In this document: positions 27,359 through 41,989 of the stretch, piece by piece
Numbering within the stretch: the first letter of the stretch is position 1
Layout: each line of letters opens with the position of its first letter
Source: the human T2T-CHM13v2.0 reference genome, Homo sapiens
DNA: 64,000 nt
Direction: 5' to 3' (one strand)
NCBI RefSeq assembly: GCF_009914755.1
Contig: NC_060939.1
Translations under genes and position numbers: made by a program
Notes under the pieces: model-generated
Databases searched by the model: none
Seen by the model: the letters and a program-made list of their open reading frames with translations, nothing else
What the model was told of the DNA's origin: nothing

Positions 27359-30089
27359 GTGTGCTTCTTTAAATGCATTTAGCCCTGAGCCTGCCTATCT
27401 CTCTTGAGCTGTATACATTGACATTTTCTGCTACTTCCCAGATCTCACCTGAATGTCTTGGTACACAGGTAGCCTGATTTTAGCTCACTTGAGTTTCTTT
27501 CTCTGAATTCAGTACAGATTATTTTCTATTCTAACTTCCAGTTACATGAGCATCCCTGAACTTTTTTTTTTAACCCCTTGGAGCCCACTATTGTTTTAGC
27601 ACTACGTGTATTCAGGACTTGGATATGCACCTTTGCTCTCTCCCTGAGTTTCCACATTTTTATTTTTGCTTACTAGTTGTAAGTATAAAGACCTCAGCAC
27701 CTTCAGTTTTAGAAGAGATTATTTGCCAAGAAGGTGACATGGTTTATATTTCTCCTTATGCATCTCTCCATGCAGGCGAAGCACTTACTCTATTATAAAA
27801 GTGTTTGGTCATTTGTTTTCACTTGTATTTATGGAAGGCCATTTTAACATAAGAGGTGAAATTATTTTTCCCTTGGAAATAAAGTCATCCAACGTTGTTC
27901 AATGTATTTTATTTCATAGAATCAGGTAAAAATCAATACACCTTTCAAGTTGTGTAATAAATGTACTGGCCTTACCTCACTCATAGGTAATACCACAGCT
28001 GAGAAGAATAATCAAATGTCAGTGACCTATGGGCTATTGTGTTACATTTTGGCACATTATAGCAAGATCAGAATTTTTAAAAATACTCATCACAGGCTTT
28101 AGCCCTATTAAAGTCTAGTACTTTCAAACTGGGAATGCCGGTCTATTCTATCATGTTTGAAAAAAGAAGGAAAACAGAGTTGTCAAGGTGATACCCCAGT
28201 TTCAGAATGCATGATAGCTAAACTGAAGACTCAGGAAAAGACAAATTCTTAACTCTTTTGGCAACAAGTGGAAGGCTTTAAAAGGTAGGATGTGTTTAGC
28301 CCTCTTCCTTTGTGCCAAAATTAACCCACCCTCCTGGGTCTATTGTCAGTCAATCCCTTTCTATTAAGAATCAAGAAGCTCTGGGTTTAAGTCTTTCTCA
28401 AGAAAGTTTTGGCTCAATCTTCTCCATGTTAAATTTTTTATTTTCACCGTAGGAATAAAATTATTTCCTGGTCCCAACAGAGGGCTTGTGGAAATTAATT
28501 AAGGAGTGTTTGCAAATCATGTCAAAAGGTCCTTATAGAAGTGTTGAGTGCCGTTGTAATATAGTCTGGATAACTCATCACTTGAGTCATCTTGCTCTGT
28601 AGAAAAATGTCCTTCCAGCATCCACTGGTGAGAAACCCACTTCAGCCCTTAAGAACGTAAGTGATCTTCATCATGATGCTGCTTTCCTGACTATGGCCCT
28701 GATAGATTTCAGTTAAGAAAAGTCATGATGCACCAGCACTTGGCAGTGTTCTCTGTGTGAGTAGGATATTGATGGAAGGAGCCCAAAAACCATAAAGGAT
28801 AAACTCCAAATAGGGCATGGCCTCTCCATCATGAGATGAACGAGAGCTTAATCAAGAGGTTGGTCATGGAGGGCTTTAATTTTCTAAATAAATTAGCTGT
28901 TAAGAATCCCCTATAATATATCATGAATCATTTTTAATGCAAAGGAGGTTATAACTCAGATTAGCAGTACAAAAAGATACAGGAAAATTGGAAGGAGACT
29001 TCTGAATATTTGAGGGAATTTTAGAAAAACTTGCCTTGTCTAGGTAAAAAAACTGAACTCATAACAGACTGTCACTGTACAAAATTCACTAATAATACCC
29101 TTTTCTCCTCTGGCATGATTGCTCATTCTTACTGTTTTAATCCAGCACCCAAAATAGTTTTAAGACAGCCCCTAAAGTGATCTAATTATGTGATTTTTTT
29201 TCCTTTAAAAATTCTGACACAGACATTGGGTATATTAAGTTCATATGTCTCCTGAGAACAGACTAACCTGGAGAATTTCTTAATTCAGAGGAATAACAAA
29301 TCCCATTTCTTGGAGCAAGGTAAAGCTCGGACTGGAGCCCCTCTCCTGCTACTATGTTCTTTGAATTAAGGTTCAGCATTTATTTGAAGACAAATGGGTC
29401 ATCATGTCTTTGAAGTTCATTGTTTCCTTTCCATCTCTGAACTCCATGACTATTGAGATTCTTTTCCTTATTCTGAAGGCTAAGTGTTTGTTGATGAAAG
29501 CGTCTACACTTGTTCACTCAGGGATGCTGGAGAGTAGTTCTGCTTTCCCTTTGTGCTGTAGGAGTAGCAACCAGATTTGATCTGTTTGTTAAATGTATTT
29601 GAATGTTGCCTTCTCCTAAAGGGTCTTAAGAATGGTCTGCTACCCCCTTCTCAGCACCTTTCTTTCCCATGACTGCAATCTGATTTGGATTTTTTTTACA
29701 AAGTGTACACAGTGAGATTGTGGATATTTATCCAGAAATTTGTTATTGGGTGTACTTACATCCTAAGCAACTGGACACTCCTAACATTAGCAACTTAATT
29801 TTCCTTTTGATTTTTAATGATATCAATTGGCACACTATTTTCACCTTACCTTTTGATGTTGGACTTGCTCACCTCTGAAGCCCTATTTAACTTTCAACAT
29901 TAGAATTGTTTTGACTTTCCTGTCTTTTCTGCCTGAGGCCTGCATTCATGGAATATGTAGTTATCAAAATGTGTCTCTCTCAGTATTTACCGTAACTGGC
30001 TCAGACCTGTGTGAATTTACCCTTTTTAAATATGCCATTCTCTTCATTAAACTTCCCATCATTCACAGTAGAATATAATTCTCTTACAG

Positions 30090-30183
30090 GATACCTACTT
30101 GGTGGGCATGTAGTACGTCTTTTCCATGGTCATGATGAATGTTTGACGATACCATCTACAGACCAGAATGATTCCCAGCACAG
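30090..30183 (+). CDS. RYR3: RYR3 exon 8, 94 nt, phase 1-2: (G)[30 protein letters not shown](R)
   Basis: Acceptor ttctcttacag, donor CAG/gtaagt. Start of the MIR-domain beta-trefoil ([11 protein letters not shown]). Confidence 0.97.
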
Positions 30184-33129
30184 GTAAGTCAGTAGCTGCA
30201 TTCTTCCACTAGCTGTTTCCAGTCTCAAATGACTCAAACTAAAGAGTTTACATTGTATTTAGCCATATATGAACTCTGTACATGTCAGTCCATTGACAAA
30301 CCTTCCTCCAGCCATGGGTTCCGGTTTGTAAAACAGGAATGGCAGTTCAGCTTGCTTACAGGAGGAGCTCTGTACACATGCTGTTCTTAGGCAGTTCTGT
30401 AATGCTTCCAGATCCCTTCATTTTCTTTGGCTCTGCACTTAAACAAATTATTCACCAGGCTCTTCAAAGACAGATCATCTCTATTTCCATTTCATGTGCT
30501 AAGTAAATAAGGTGGACTTCATTGATTTGGTTTTATGACTAAATAGCATTAGAGAAACTGATGTCCAGCTGGAGCTGGATTTAGCAGGGGGTAGTGCCAA
30601 GGGTGCATTTAGAGGGCGCTGTGCCAAGGACGATGTGTTCTTGTCCTTATACTTGACCCCTTCATGAATGCTTTTCAAAGTTTCAAAACCATGACATGGA
30701 GGATATGAATCCAAGTCTTAAACGCATACTAAAGAGTTTTTTTTGGGTATTCTATCATCAAAGGAACAGAACATAAAAAGCTTGGCCTTGTAACTATAGA
30801 AATCTGATATTTAAAAAAAAAATCAAACCTCAGATCCAAACTAGATTGAATTTGGGACAGCAGTGAGTCTGATCCGGTGATCATGTTTTCTTTTCCTTTT
30901 GTGTAATGCCTACAGGAACCTTGTCAACTGCATTTCTTTTGCTTCATTAGAAACGTGGGCTCACAAGTCTTCACATCTTGGAGAATATGTAGGTCAGGCT
31001 CCTGCCACAGGTCACACACTGGCTGATTTCAGATGCAAGCCTAGAAGCCAGAGCTGCTGACTCTCCATCAGGGACCATTTCCTAATTGATGTACTCAAGG
31101 ACCCCCGCAGAAGCAATGTGCTTGAATGTATTATTATGCACCTTAGAAAGCACCCATTGGCAATGTGTATCCCTTATAGTTCTGAGTCTCTTCCTACTTG
31201 CTATCTACTCTGAATACCCTTTCATAGGAACCAGATGTGACCCAGAAGGGTGCCTAGGACACATAAAGCACAGACCTATGTAAAGTGCTGTGCTTAATTC
31301 ACTTGTTGCCTCCCTGGCACTGGTCCGGCGGTTGATAGTTATCTCGATTAGGAAGTTAGGTCGACCTTATTTTCCTTAGAAGTAAGGATTCTCTACCCTG
31401 TCGTGTGATCCTGTTCACTTGTGATTTGCCTTTTATTCAATATTGAAACTATACAATAGCCCATTTACTGTCCCTTTGATATCATATCCTGCTGCATCAA
31501 GGGGAAGGTTTGCAGGTAGATGAATAACTAAGATTTTATGAGTTTTGCAGGGTTGTCTGTATCTAAGATGGAATACATCAGGGTTTTCCTAGTTCATTCT
31601 CTCTATTCCTGTTCTACTTTTAAGGATGGGAACTGGAAAAAATGAAGTATTTACCATGGGCATGCCCCCACCCACATGCACACACCTGTCATCAAAATTA
31701 GAGCCAAATTAGAAACAGCTGGACAGAAACTGCTACTTAGGTTAGTCATTTGGTGGGCATTTTGTTCAAGTGATTCAGCAAAATTCTGCTTACAAGGAAA
31801 GGCTCAGCAAGTGTTTGAAAGGAGGTGATGGGAAGAGTGAAGTAGATGGAGAGGGATTTTCACAATAGGCACACTGGAGCAGACATGCATGCCATCATTT
31901 AAATAAACATGAAGGTGACCTTTCTTTAGCCCAGGATTTCATAGGCTCTAATTTGTGTTTTGGAAAAAAAAATCATCAAAAAAAATAAGAAGGCTTATTT
32001 TATAAGGAAGCGTGAAGGGTTTGAGACTGGGGTAAGTGAGCAGCTATTCAGCACACTGGAACTTGAATCTTTGTGTCAACTAGTCTCAATCAAAACAGGA
32101 TGCCTTGGTGTTATTTGATGTCTAGGTGAAGTGAGTGATAAGCCTTGTCTTTGTCTTCTATTGTCAGGTAAACCCTCAGAAATGTCCAGCATGGCCAGGA
32201 GCGCCAAAATCTGGGGAGCATGATAGAATAGGAAACAGCACACTAAAAGACTCCAGCAGCCACTAAGGCATGCAGGTGTTCCATTGCAATGGTGCTGACT
32301 CTCCAGAAGAAATCGTTTTCAGTCCCTGTAAATCCTGAGAGCAGCCAGGCTATGTGGAAAGACTGTCTGACCCAGAGTGGAAACCCAAGATTAACAGTCT
32401 AACATTTTGAGCTCTGATCCTTGGCTTTGCCTCTGGCTTGTCAAACACCCTGGGATAAGTTACTTAACCTATTGAAGCTAAGGCTAAGCTGTCAGCCAAG
32501 CTTTCAAAAGCACCTCAGCTTGCCGCCCACTATACTCCTCTCCTTGGAATTGTTTTAGAGAACAAGAACAAGTTGTTTCAACCTCAGTAACCTTGTGAGA
32601 TTAAATGGAGCAAGCCGCCCAAATGTCACAGGTGGGAAGAACAAACCTTCACAAATCCTTCAGATGTCAGGGGTAGAGAATCTTCTAGTTCCAGCTCCAG
32701 CGCTGTTTCACCTGTGACCTGGGTGAGCCACTTCACCCTCTTCTCCTGAAGGGATCCTTTCAGCTTGCACTAGAGAAAGAGGAGCATAAATGAGAATCTT
32801 AGCAAATTTTCCTAAGTGGCTAGCAGGTTGGTGCAGTATCATTTCCGTTCTAGGCCTGGTACAGAGACACCTGGGGTGTAGGAACTCTAAAGCAACGTCA
32901 GATTTTCTTCCTAATATTTATTGGGCATTTCCCGATAACATGTACATTAGAGAAAGATTGAGAAATAGCCTCTGTAATCCCACCTTCCAGAGGTAACCAT
33001 TGTTGATGTAATGTTTCATTGATTGCTGTATGATTAATGTGTTCCTCTATGCATGTTTATAAACATTTATAAAAAACACTTTCTAAACATTTTAAAAAGT
33101 CCTTTAAATTTTCACAACATTGTTTTATA

Positions 33130-33245
33130 AGTACCCTTATTAGAAAGCAAACTGAGACACAGAGAGTTGAAGGGGCTTGCCCGAGATCACACAGCTACCA
33201 GATTCAAACCCAGGTCTGTCTTAACTTCCAAGCTCATATTTTGAA
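33130..33245 (-). mobile_element. MIR fragment
   Basis: aaactgagacacagagagttgaaggggcttgcccgagatcacacagcta. Confidence 0.75.
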
Positions 33246-33624
33246 TCGACTCATAATTATACTACTTCTCCAGAAAAAAAAAATAAGTATACATTTTCTT
33301 TTCACCACTATTGACTAACTCTTGTCTCTAACATCTAAATCAGGATTCCTCTTGGGTTTGACCACTTCAATTGTGATCCATACAAATTCTCTACGGTGGA
33401 GGTAGGATTTTAAGTTAGTGAATGTAAATGCAGTTAAATAATCAGTTTTGATCAGAGGTCGCAAGATTCTCAGAAAGTGGCTGGATTCAGTATACCAGGT
33501 AATCTGGGGACTGCTGTTCTTGAGACATGCTCTTAAACTGTGAATTTTGTATAATGTGGAGCAACCTGCCCCGATCACAGGTTATACAGAATTTATTTAA
33601 AATAAAACTTTAAAAACTGAGGCT

Positions 33625-34035
33625 TTGTTAATCACTGGAAAAACATCAGACAAATCCAAGTTGAGACACATTTCACAAAATACCCAACCGGTACTCCACA
33701 AAACTGTCAAAGTCATGAGAAACAAGGCAAGACTGAGAAAGCATAGCAGATCAGAGGAAACGGGAGACATGGCAGCTGAACGCAGTGTGGTATCCTGGAT
33801 TATATCCTGGAACTGGAAAAAAGTTTGCAGGAAAAATTAAGGTGAAATCCAAATAAAGTCTTGAGTTTAGCTAGTAATGACATACTCGTGTTGGTTTCTC
33901 AGTTTTGACAAACGTACCCTGGTAATGTAGGATGATAACATTGGGAGAAGCTGAGTGAGATCATACAGGAACTCTCTGGACTATCTTTAGTAACTGTTTG
34001 ATAAACCTAACATTTTTCTAAAATAAAAATTTTAT
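33625..34035 (+). mobile_element. L1MC/L1MD-type 3' end, sense
   Basis: aaaacatcagacaaatccaagttgagacacatt ... caggaactctctggactatc ... ctaaaataaaaa. Confidence 0.8.
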
Positions 34036-34597
34036 TTCAAAACACATTAAAAGATGATTCTTAACACGGGAAAGGAAGCAACAGTACAGTAATAAAATCA
34101 TGAACAGTGTAACAACTGAGCATAAAGCTTTGTTCCAACTGCCCTGGAATGATGGAAATGAGTTCACACTATGTCGAATAGGTGTTTTTAAAGTACAAAT
34201 ACATTTTTTAAAGATATAATAAAACTACATCAGGGAGCTTGACCTGAAGGAACTGGAGCATTCTGTGTCTGCCGTCATTGTGTAACTGGGCCATTGTGAC
34301 TCCTGATATAGAAATGGAGATGTTCTTGTTCCTGCCTTTCCCTTGTATACCTGATGATGCATAAATGCCCATGATATGGATATGGTGAGCAGTTCCCTCC
34401 CCTCTAGCTGCTTTGACCCTTTCTGAGAGAGAGAGACTGGGAAACTGTCTTCCCTCTTATTCTGGCTTTGCATTCTGCTGACTCCAAAAGGGCTTAGACA
34501 AGCTCAGTACCTGAACAGCCTCTGCAGGGAGCTGTTCTTCACCCGGGTGCTGATCAGTGTCATGCAAGTAGGAGCTGATCTCCAACTCTGCTCACAG

Positions 34598-34672
34598 GAG
34601 GATATTCTACGAAGCTGGGGGAGCTGGGACTCGAGCCAGGTCTCTTTGGAGAGTGGAACCCCTTCGGATAAG
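34598..34672 (+). CDS. RYR3: RYR3 exon 9, 75 nt, phase 2-2: (R)RIFYEAGGAGTRARSLWRVEPLRI(S)
   Basis: Acceptor ctctgctcacag, donor AAG/gtaatg. RyR motif ARSLWRVEPLR. Confidence 0.97.
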
Positions 34673-36625
34673 GTAATGGAGGGCCTGGGAATGCCCTTTT
34701 CAAGATTACTTTCTTTTTCAGTACAGGCCGTTCTCTTAAATATTTCATTCATTCCACATCATCTGGCAAACTCCTTCAAGTCCTTTGTCTAGAGCTAAGT
34801 TCTGATATTTCTGTGACTTTGTTTTTAAAGAACACACACACACACAATCTCCAAAGCCACTGTGTTGACTCTGAGGCTGGCAGGCTTTTCTGCCCTTGCA
34901 GTAGCTGACTATAAAAGGAAAGCTCAGACAAGGCCACTGAAAGCCATCCAAGTTCTCCCATTTGTTTTCTTAAACAGGTTCTCTGGAACCCAGATAAGTC
35001 TTCCGTCTCCTCTCAGTAGCTTTGTTGGCTCCAGTGGACAGTTAGCTTTAAATGGCACACAGACAGGTGGTCGCGATTGCATAAGATAAGGAAGATGTAA
35101 ACTTCACTGGAAATGTAGGTGTGAAGAAAAAGGTACTTACTAGAACTTTTCAGAGACAGTTTTGTCCCTTGGTGGAAGGAACAGGAGGCTGAGACTTTCC
35201 AGCCACAAGCTTTGAATAACCTCAGGTGGTCGGTTAACTTCAAACTACTGAAGGGGGATCACTTTCAATGCAGGACCTTTACTGGGCTGAGAGGATTTGC
35301 AAGTTAGGCTAGAGCTAAACTGCTTGGAATGAGAGAGGAGGGTTAAGCATCGCCCTCTGATTTTCCTTCTCTGCCTTTCCCTCTAGTTCTTTCTGCTCAG
35401 TCTCCCCCCGAAAATATGTTCAAAATAAGTCTCTCTCACGCAGGGTATATGCCCCCCAAGGGCTCCTGAAGATAATCCATTGGCAATCAGAAGGGAATGT
35501 TAGGAATTCTCTTACACCATACACACATATGCACACGTTTTTTTTCTGATAAATTGGCGGCTGATGGTTTAAGGAACACCGGTTTTAAGGAGCGTGCACT
35601 TACTAACTGGCTTGAGTCATTTACATCCTCTTTCCAAACCCATTAAAAATCTGAGAGTAACATACTCTTGTTCTCAGGACATTAGGCCTTAGTTCTTTCT
35701 TAATGGACTTTTTAAGAGGTCAAAATAAGTATGTATGCGTACTTCTGGTTATGATTGCTTGCTCATTTCCCCAGAGACCTAAACATGAAGAATTCAAGCC
35801 TTTTATCAATGCGATTTGGATTTATTGATGCTTCAAAAAGTTGGACAAAGTGGAGAGTGGTTTCAAAATTTCACACATCTCTCTTAAACCTTATATTCTT
35901 AAGAGATAAGTATTTTGCATATGAGCAAATATTTTAAAAAGATAAATTTTGAGTTAGATTATTCAGTGGATAATTTCTCCCATAACACTTACCATAACTT
36001 TTGCTGAGTGCTGATCTTTTGATGAAGGACCATGAAGAGGACAGTATTCAATATGAGTTCTCACTTGCCTTAATCCTTTTATCCTGCTTTACTTATTTTC
36101 CATAGAATTTATCCTTTTAACATAATTCATTGTTGACTTATTATGCTTGTTTGTTGTCTCTCTTTGTCTGGCAAGTGTAAGCTGTGCAGGTATTTTTACT
36201 ATTTCCCTTGAAGATAGGACTCTTTGTGGTAGTAATACGTTTTAGTTCAGATGGCAGGTTTGGAAAGGCTTTCCCAGAAACAAGTTTCCATTCAAAGACA
36301 AGCTTCCCATTGATTTGTGGTTATTTGCATCAAGAACTTTCAGTGGAGTAAAGGAAAAATTGGAAACCTGGGACTTCCAGTTGTATGAAGCCACTGACCT
36401 GCCTTCAAGATCATTCCTTGTTGATGTCATCAAGAAAGAGCACTATGCTGGGTTGTAGGCAGACATGAAATCCTACAGCAAGCCAGGAGCCTGGTGCGTT
36501 TTCCCTTAAGGATGGACACCAGAAGGGTTATAAGTCTGCTAGCATGTGTAAGAAAGCATAGGATAAATACTGAAAAGGACTTATTTTTGTATAAATGCAA
36601 TTTCTTGTCTGTTTCATCTGCCCAG

Positions 36626-36782
36626 CTGGAGTGGCAGTAACATCAGATGGGGCCAGGCTTTCCGACTCCGGCATCTCACCACAGGCCACTACCTGGCCTT
36701 GACAGAAGACCAAGGCCTTATACTGCAAGACCGGGCAAAGTCAGACACCAAGTCCACAGCTTTCTCTTTCCGGGCATCAAAG
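36626..36782 (+). CDS. RYR3: RYR3 exon 10, 157 nt, phase 2-0: (S)WSGSNIRWGQAFRLRHLTTGHYLALTEDQGLILQDRAKSDTKSTAFSFRASK
   Basis: Acceptor gtttcatctgcccag, donor AAG/gtaagg. MIR motif FRLRHLTTGHYL; overlaps ORF-track 36699-36905. Confidence 0.97.
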
Positions 36783-37153
36783 GTAAGGTGTGATAAAGTG
36801 GACTTTGACCCTGTTCTAAAAGTGAAAACTCAGAAACCTCCAGGCAGAACTATAACTGGAAAAGAAAGTAGGCTGGAACAAAGTGAAATTGGAAATTTGC
36901 CCTAAGATAGATAAACACTTTCTTCTTTTATCTTTTGAATTGAGTTCATGGAGGAATATGTACCTTGGATGAAGGTTGAAGTCTTGAGCAAAAGGAGAGT
37001 GTGGAAAGTCCTGGAAAGTGCAAGGAGCATAGGAATGGACAGTGTTGCTCAAAGGCTAACGGAAACTATTGTTGTTGTTTAATGCATTCTGAGTTGTCTT
37101 TGATAAATTCCAAGTTATATTCTTCACTCCTTTAAAGCAATAGTAACATGGAG

Positions 37154-37258
37154 GCATGAGTTTCAGAGCTACATTTGTTTAAATAAAAAGGTAATTTGTT
37201 AAACAAAAAAAGATTTAAATGTAAAAAGCATGAGTTTCAGTGCTATATTTGTTTAAAT
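37154..37258. repeat. 31-bp direct repeat pair separated by a 43-bp A-rich spacer
   Basis: gcatgagtttcag(a/t)gcta(c/t)atttgtttaaat at 37154-37184 and 37228-37258. Confidence 0.85.
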
Positions 37259-40200
37259 TTTTTTAATGATGCAGAGAAGACATTCTGGACATAACGTTAT
37301 CTTGCAGTTATTAATATCTATATGATAAAATTTACTAGTACCTTCCTCGTTCTTTTCCTTAACTATCCCTACTCCCCACATCTCTTAGTTTTCTCCCATC
37401 CATCCCAAACCTTCATTAAGGATGGATCCTCTGGTAGTTAGGTTAACCTCGAATTAATTGCTTTACCATTTGATGTGTATGTAGACAACTATTCTTTTTT
37501 AGAAACTGCCGCCTTTAAGGTTCAGCCAAGCTTCTACTCTGTCTAACTCAGTGCTGGATCTAGCTGAACGGTCAGAATTGCATGCTGAGCTAACTTCTGA
37601 CAGACAGTTGGATGGTCTGTCACTTTATGAGTGTTCTGGAAACATCATCCAAGCATGAGAAGGGCTCTGCACAGATGCTTGCACAGTTAGCAGGAAGTCT
37701 GCACTTCCTAAGAGTATAGCTCAATATCTCCTTTGGGAGCGTCACCTTTAGTTTCATTCTTTGCTCTTTTCCAGAATTAAATCTTGATATGTGTTCTCAC
37801 CATGACTTCACTCAAGGGTTGTTGAGGATTCTGTTCATCTAGGACTAGGTGTGAGGCTGACAGCTGAATTTTCTGTGGGGCATCTCTGCTTCCTAATGCA
37901 CCTGAAGAAGATAGTCAGCACTGTCCCCTTCTTTGGTGCAGGGGTTCGGAGTCTGTTTTCTCCCTCATTTTGTGCTCCTGTGGTCTTTTTAGGCAGAGAA
38001 ACTCTTTGGCATGTAGTTTTTTCTCTTTAATATTGCCCTATATCAGAATTGGGCTTTTTTCATATCTTTATTTCAAATATTAAAAGACATGAGCTTCCTG
38101 TTCACATCTTCCTAACCGTCTCTCAAATGTCATCTTCCTTCTGCTTCTCTTCCAATGGCTATTGACTCTGATTTCATTCTGGTTTTCTGGGCATATCTTC
38201 CTCACTTTGCTATCATTTTTTTTTAGATTCCCAGCACAAGAGGGATTCTTTAAATTCAAATTTATATCTATTTAGTGAATATTTTTGCCTCCAGGAAGTG
38301 ATTTAGAGCAGTGCAACTTTCTGAAAGATTCAGTGAAACAAAGCAACAGGAAAGTCATAAGAACAGAGACTGGGACATGGAGTGGGAGCTGAAGGTGGGC
38401 GGCAGTAGAAGAGGGAGGTGGAAAATAAGAAATGACTCATTGTGGCTAATGACCAAGCAAGTGTTTTCCTAAGAATGCCAGTTTGGCCCTTTCCTTATTT
38501 GAGCCTTCTACCCCCTTTCTCCTTGACCCACTCGGGATATGCTGCCAGGGTTAGAGCAATGACCTCGAGGTCTTTACCATTTCAAAAAGGGGCTTTTCTT
38601 CCAGCACAGGATCAGGCGGCCTTCCAGGCAGCTGGCAGGATCCTGTTCCAAGGGGACTCTTCCATTATATTCCGTTCTTGGCTCAGCCTTGTGGAGCATG
38701 GGTCAGCACTGTGCTGTGGTCTCTGGGGGAAGCAAGGAAAGCTCAGAGCCCCATAGAGACCTTGTAACACTCCTTCCACTTGGCATCACTTCTGGCCTCT
38801 GAATACATTTCCCTTCAAAGGGTCCATTGCTCATCTCCCCAAGTTCCTCCATTTCCACGTATGGAGAAGCAAGCAGCGCATGGCTGGAAAGTCGTCATGG
38901 TACCACGGGGGCCATCGGCATAGCAGAGCTGGGGGCAAAAGTCACCCATGAGTCACATTGTCCTGTGCACTTGGCAATGTGGTTACATTTCACTGGAGTC
39001 ACTATGCTAGAGATTTTAAATAAGTCTCCATGCGGTAGTATTCAACCTAGCTACCTTCATTTCAATTTGAAAGGAACTGAAATTAAAATGGCTTAGGCTC
39101 TATGGCAGGCCAAGATATGGCTGTGTTCCCACTGGATGTCAGGGTTTCTTTGGGACGTTGTGTGGGCAGGGCTTTGGCACCTTAGACTGTGAAGCTGCAC
39201 AATAAGGAAGAGCATGTGGAGAACACATAACTGTCATACACCATCCAAATAACTGTGGGGGAAGGGCGGTAGAAAGGCCCTGATTTTCCTGGGCTTCCAT
39301 GTGCCTGCTTAGTAAGCATATTCTTGCCTTGCTTGGCACGGGCTTTCCTTAAATGCATTCTCTGTGCTTCCCCTCCCTGGGCGCTAGTGACAATACCCAG
39401 CAGAAAGAGGTTTGGGGCTCTGTTTCTCAACAATGTAAGGGCACTGAATCATCTCGCCAGCCCTTGCCTGCTACAGGTGTTATGTGACAGAGCAGGTGGC
39501 AAATGGTAGCCTGAGATAGCGGTTCAGGATCTGTGTGGTGGCATAGGAGTTGGGAAGGCTGAGGGAGTGGTGGAGACAGTCATCTGTTTTCTATGGGACT
39601 GGGGCAGAGGGCGAGGAAGCAGGGTATTCATCTGATCCTCTCCATATGTTGGAGAATCTGAAAAAGGAGAAAAAGAGGCTCTTGGGAAGAGCACTGCTGG
39701 GGCTTTAGTCATGTGTTTTGGGAGGACACTGGGTGTGCTGGGCCGTGAGTCATTTGGTAATGACGAGCTTCCCAGTCCCCATTTTCTGTCAGGTTGCATT
39801 AGCTTGTGACAGTTATGACTACTAAATTAGGGGCCACTGGACAGCTGCAGGTGCGTGCTAACATCCTTAGCAGCCTGCCATTAGCAGGAAGATGGCAGGT
39901 GCCCCAGTGCATCTTGTATGTGCATAAGATGGAGGTGTGATTGAGCCTTGCTGAAAGGTGACCAAGTCCAAGAACCAACCAGCTGCAGTTATTGGCCGGG
40001 CCTGGCTCAAATGGAATCAGACTGAAGACTTTGAGCAGGCTATACAAATCACATAGAATAAGGAGCAGGATGTGATCTTGATCAAGGTCCTCCTTCCCCC
40101 AACTTCAGCAGCTGATGCAACTCAAATTGGAGGGCTAGGATGTAGTATTACTTCCAAAATACAGCATCCCAGCCTTATCCCTTTGATCTGAGAGTGGTGT

Positions 40201-40319
40201 TGTGTAAGACAAAGCCTGGCTTCAAAGTTAGCCTAGATCGGGCCTTGATTCTCATCTGCTCTCTGTGAGACCTGGAACACAATTCTTCATCAATTTGCAC
40301 CTCATTTGAAGTCTGTCAT

Positions 40320-40685
40320 AAAAGATCATTCAGACCTGACTGCTGCCTGCCCTTCCATTGCGTCTCTTGCCACTTGCCTGAGGTTGCCTTGAGCTCCGGC
40401 ATACTATTTATCAGTCTTGGAACATATTTGTTTTTTTCTAACCACCACCAAACTTGTGCCTGAACGCCTTTTGCCCCTCTGCACTCTACCACAGTGAGCG
40501 CCTTCTCATGCTTTCAGGCAAGTGTCAAGTGCTCTTTGTGAGAGGAAAACCTGCTCATGCATTATTAAGGCCATCACTTCCTTGACTGGGAGGCCCTGGA
40601 TGACAAGGACCACACATACCCCACCCTGCTTTATTTTTGCATCCCAGAACGTCTTGTAGTAAGTTTGAAAAATGCTTGCTGAAGG
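40320..40685 (+). mobile_element. L2 fragment
   Basis: Ends gactgggaggccctggatgacaaggacc ... aaaatgcttgctgaa, an L2 3'-like terminus. Confidence 0.55.
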
Positions 40686-40752
40686 GTTACATCAGTGTGG
40701 TTATACCTTGAAATAGAGTGAAATCCATTTCATTCTAACCTCCATTATCTTT

Positions 40753-41048
<296 letters not shown>

Positions 41049-41989
41049 AACCTCCATTATCTTTACAGAAACATCCTGCCATCCTTGTGTAATCATTTTG
41101 CTACTGTAATCTCTTCCCAGTACACACCCAATGAGAGAGATTCATTTTATTTTGAACATCTAAGTCAAATTTCTATGAACTTGATTTCACATCATTTTTC
41201 CATGGTCTTGACATTGCAAGGCCATTCCCACAAGGATTTCAGATAATGTGATTTAATATTTACTCCTGCACGGCAGTATTGTCTGTTTAGATGTCATGAC
41301 TCAATGTCAGTTTACAGCATTGAATTTTTTTCAGGGAAGGGTGAATTAATAATGTTAAAGCAGGCCATATATATAGCCGCTTTTTGTAAAGCCACTTTAG
41401 AAGTGCTTTAAATAGCCACTTTAAATGACTACACCATACATCTTGAATGATTGGGATAGATTCTCGAATGTTGCCTATTTCATAGTGTAAGGGTATAGAG
41501 CTATCACTGTTCCCAATTAGAGGAAATTTTTTCTCACAGTATAAAAACATTAAATTCAGTTTAGTAAACATTTGTGAAACATCTATGTGCTAAGCATGGT
41601 GTTCTTGGCCAAATGTGACTTCCCTGCCTACGTTTCACATGCCCTTTAACCTTTGCAGCCACAGCACCCCTAACCAAGGTGACAGCTGTGCTCATGGTGC
41701 ACCTGTCTCTGAAACTCTGGTGCAGAAACAGCGCTGTTTTTGCCAGTCCCCTTGCTTGCTCCGTTTTCTCACCAAGTTATCCACTGGGGAAAGGGAGGGT
41801 ATGGAGCAAAGGAGGGAAGGGGAAAGAGGAAAATACGGATAGTAAGATTCAAATGCCTAAAGACAACATCACTTACTGCAGCTTCATTTTAAATAAAATC
41901 TACAAAGGATTTTTAAACTTTAAGTTGATGTGCTTTCTCTAGTGTTTATTGTTCAAAGTGGACCAAATAGAGAGTCAGTCAAGGAAAAC

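Noticed and set aside
36783-36905. ORF-track extensions past the exon 10 donor (and similarly past exon 11, 49466-49597)
   Set aside because: Intronic read-through beyond strong GT donors; RyR similarity stops at the donor.
38900-38940. CTCF-like ccacgggggcca / gagctgggggca
   Set aside because: Spacing does not match the CTCF core and there is no other support.
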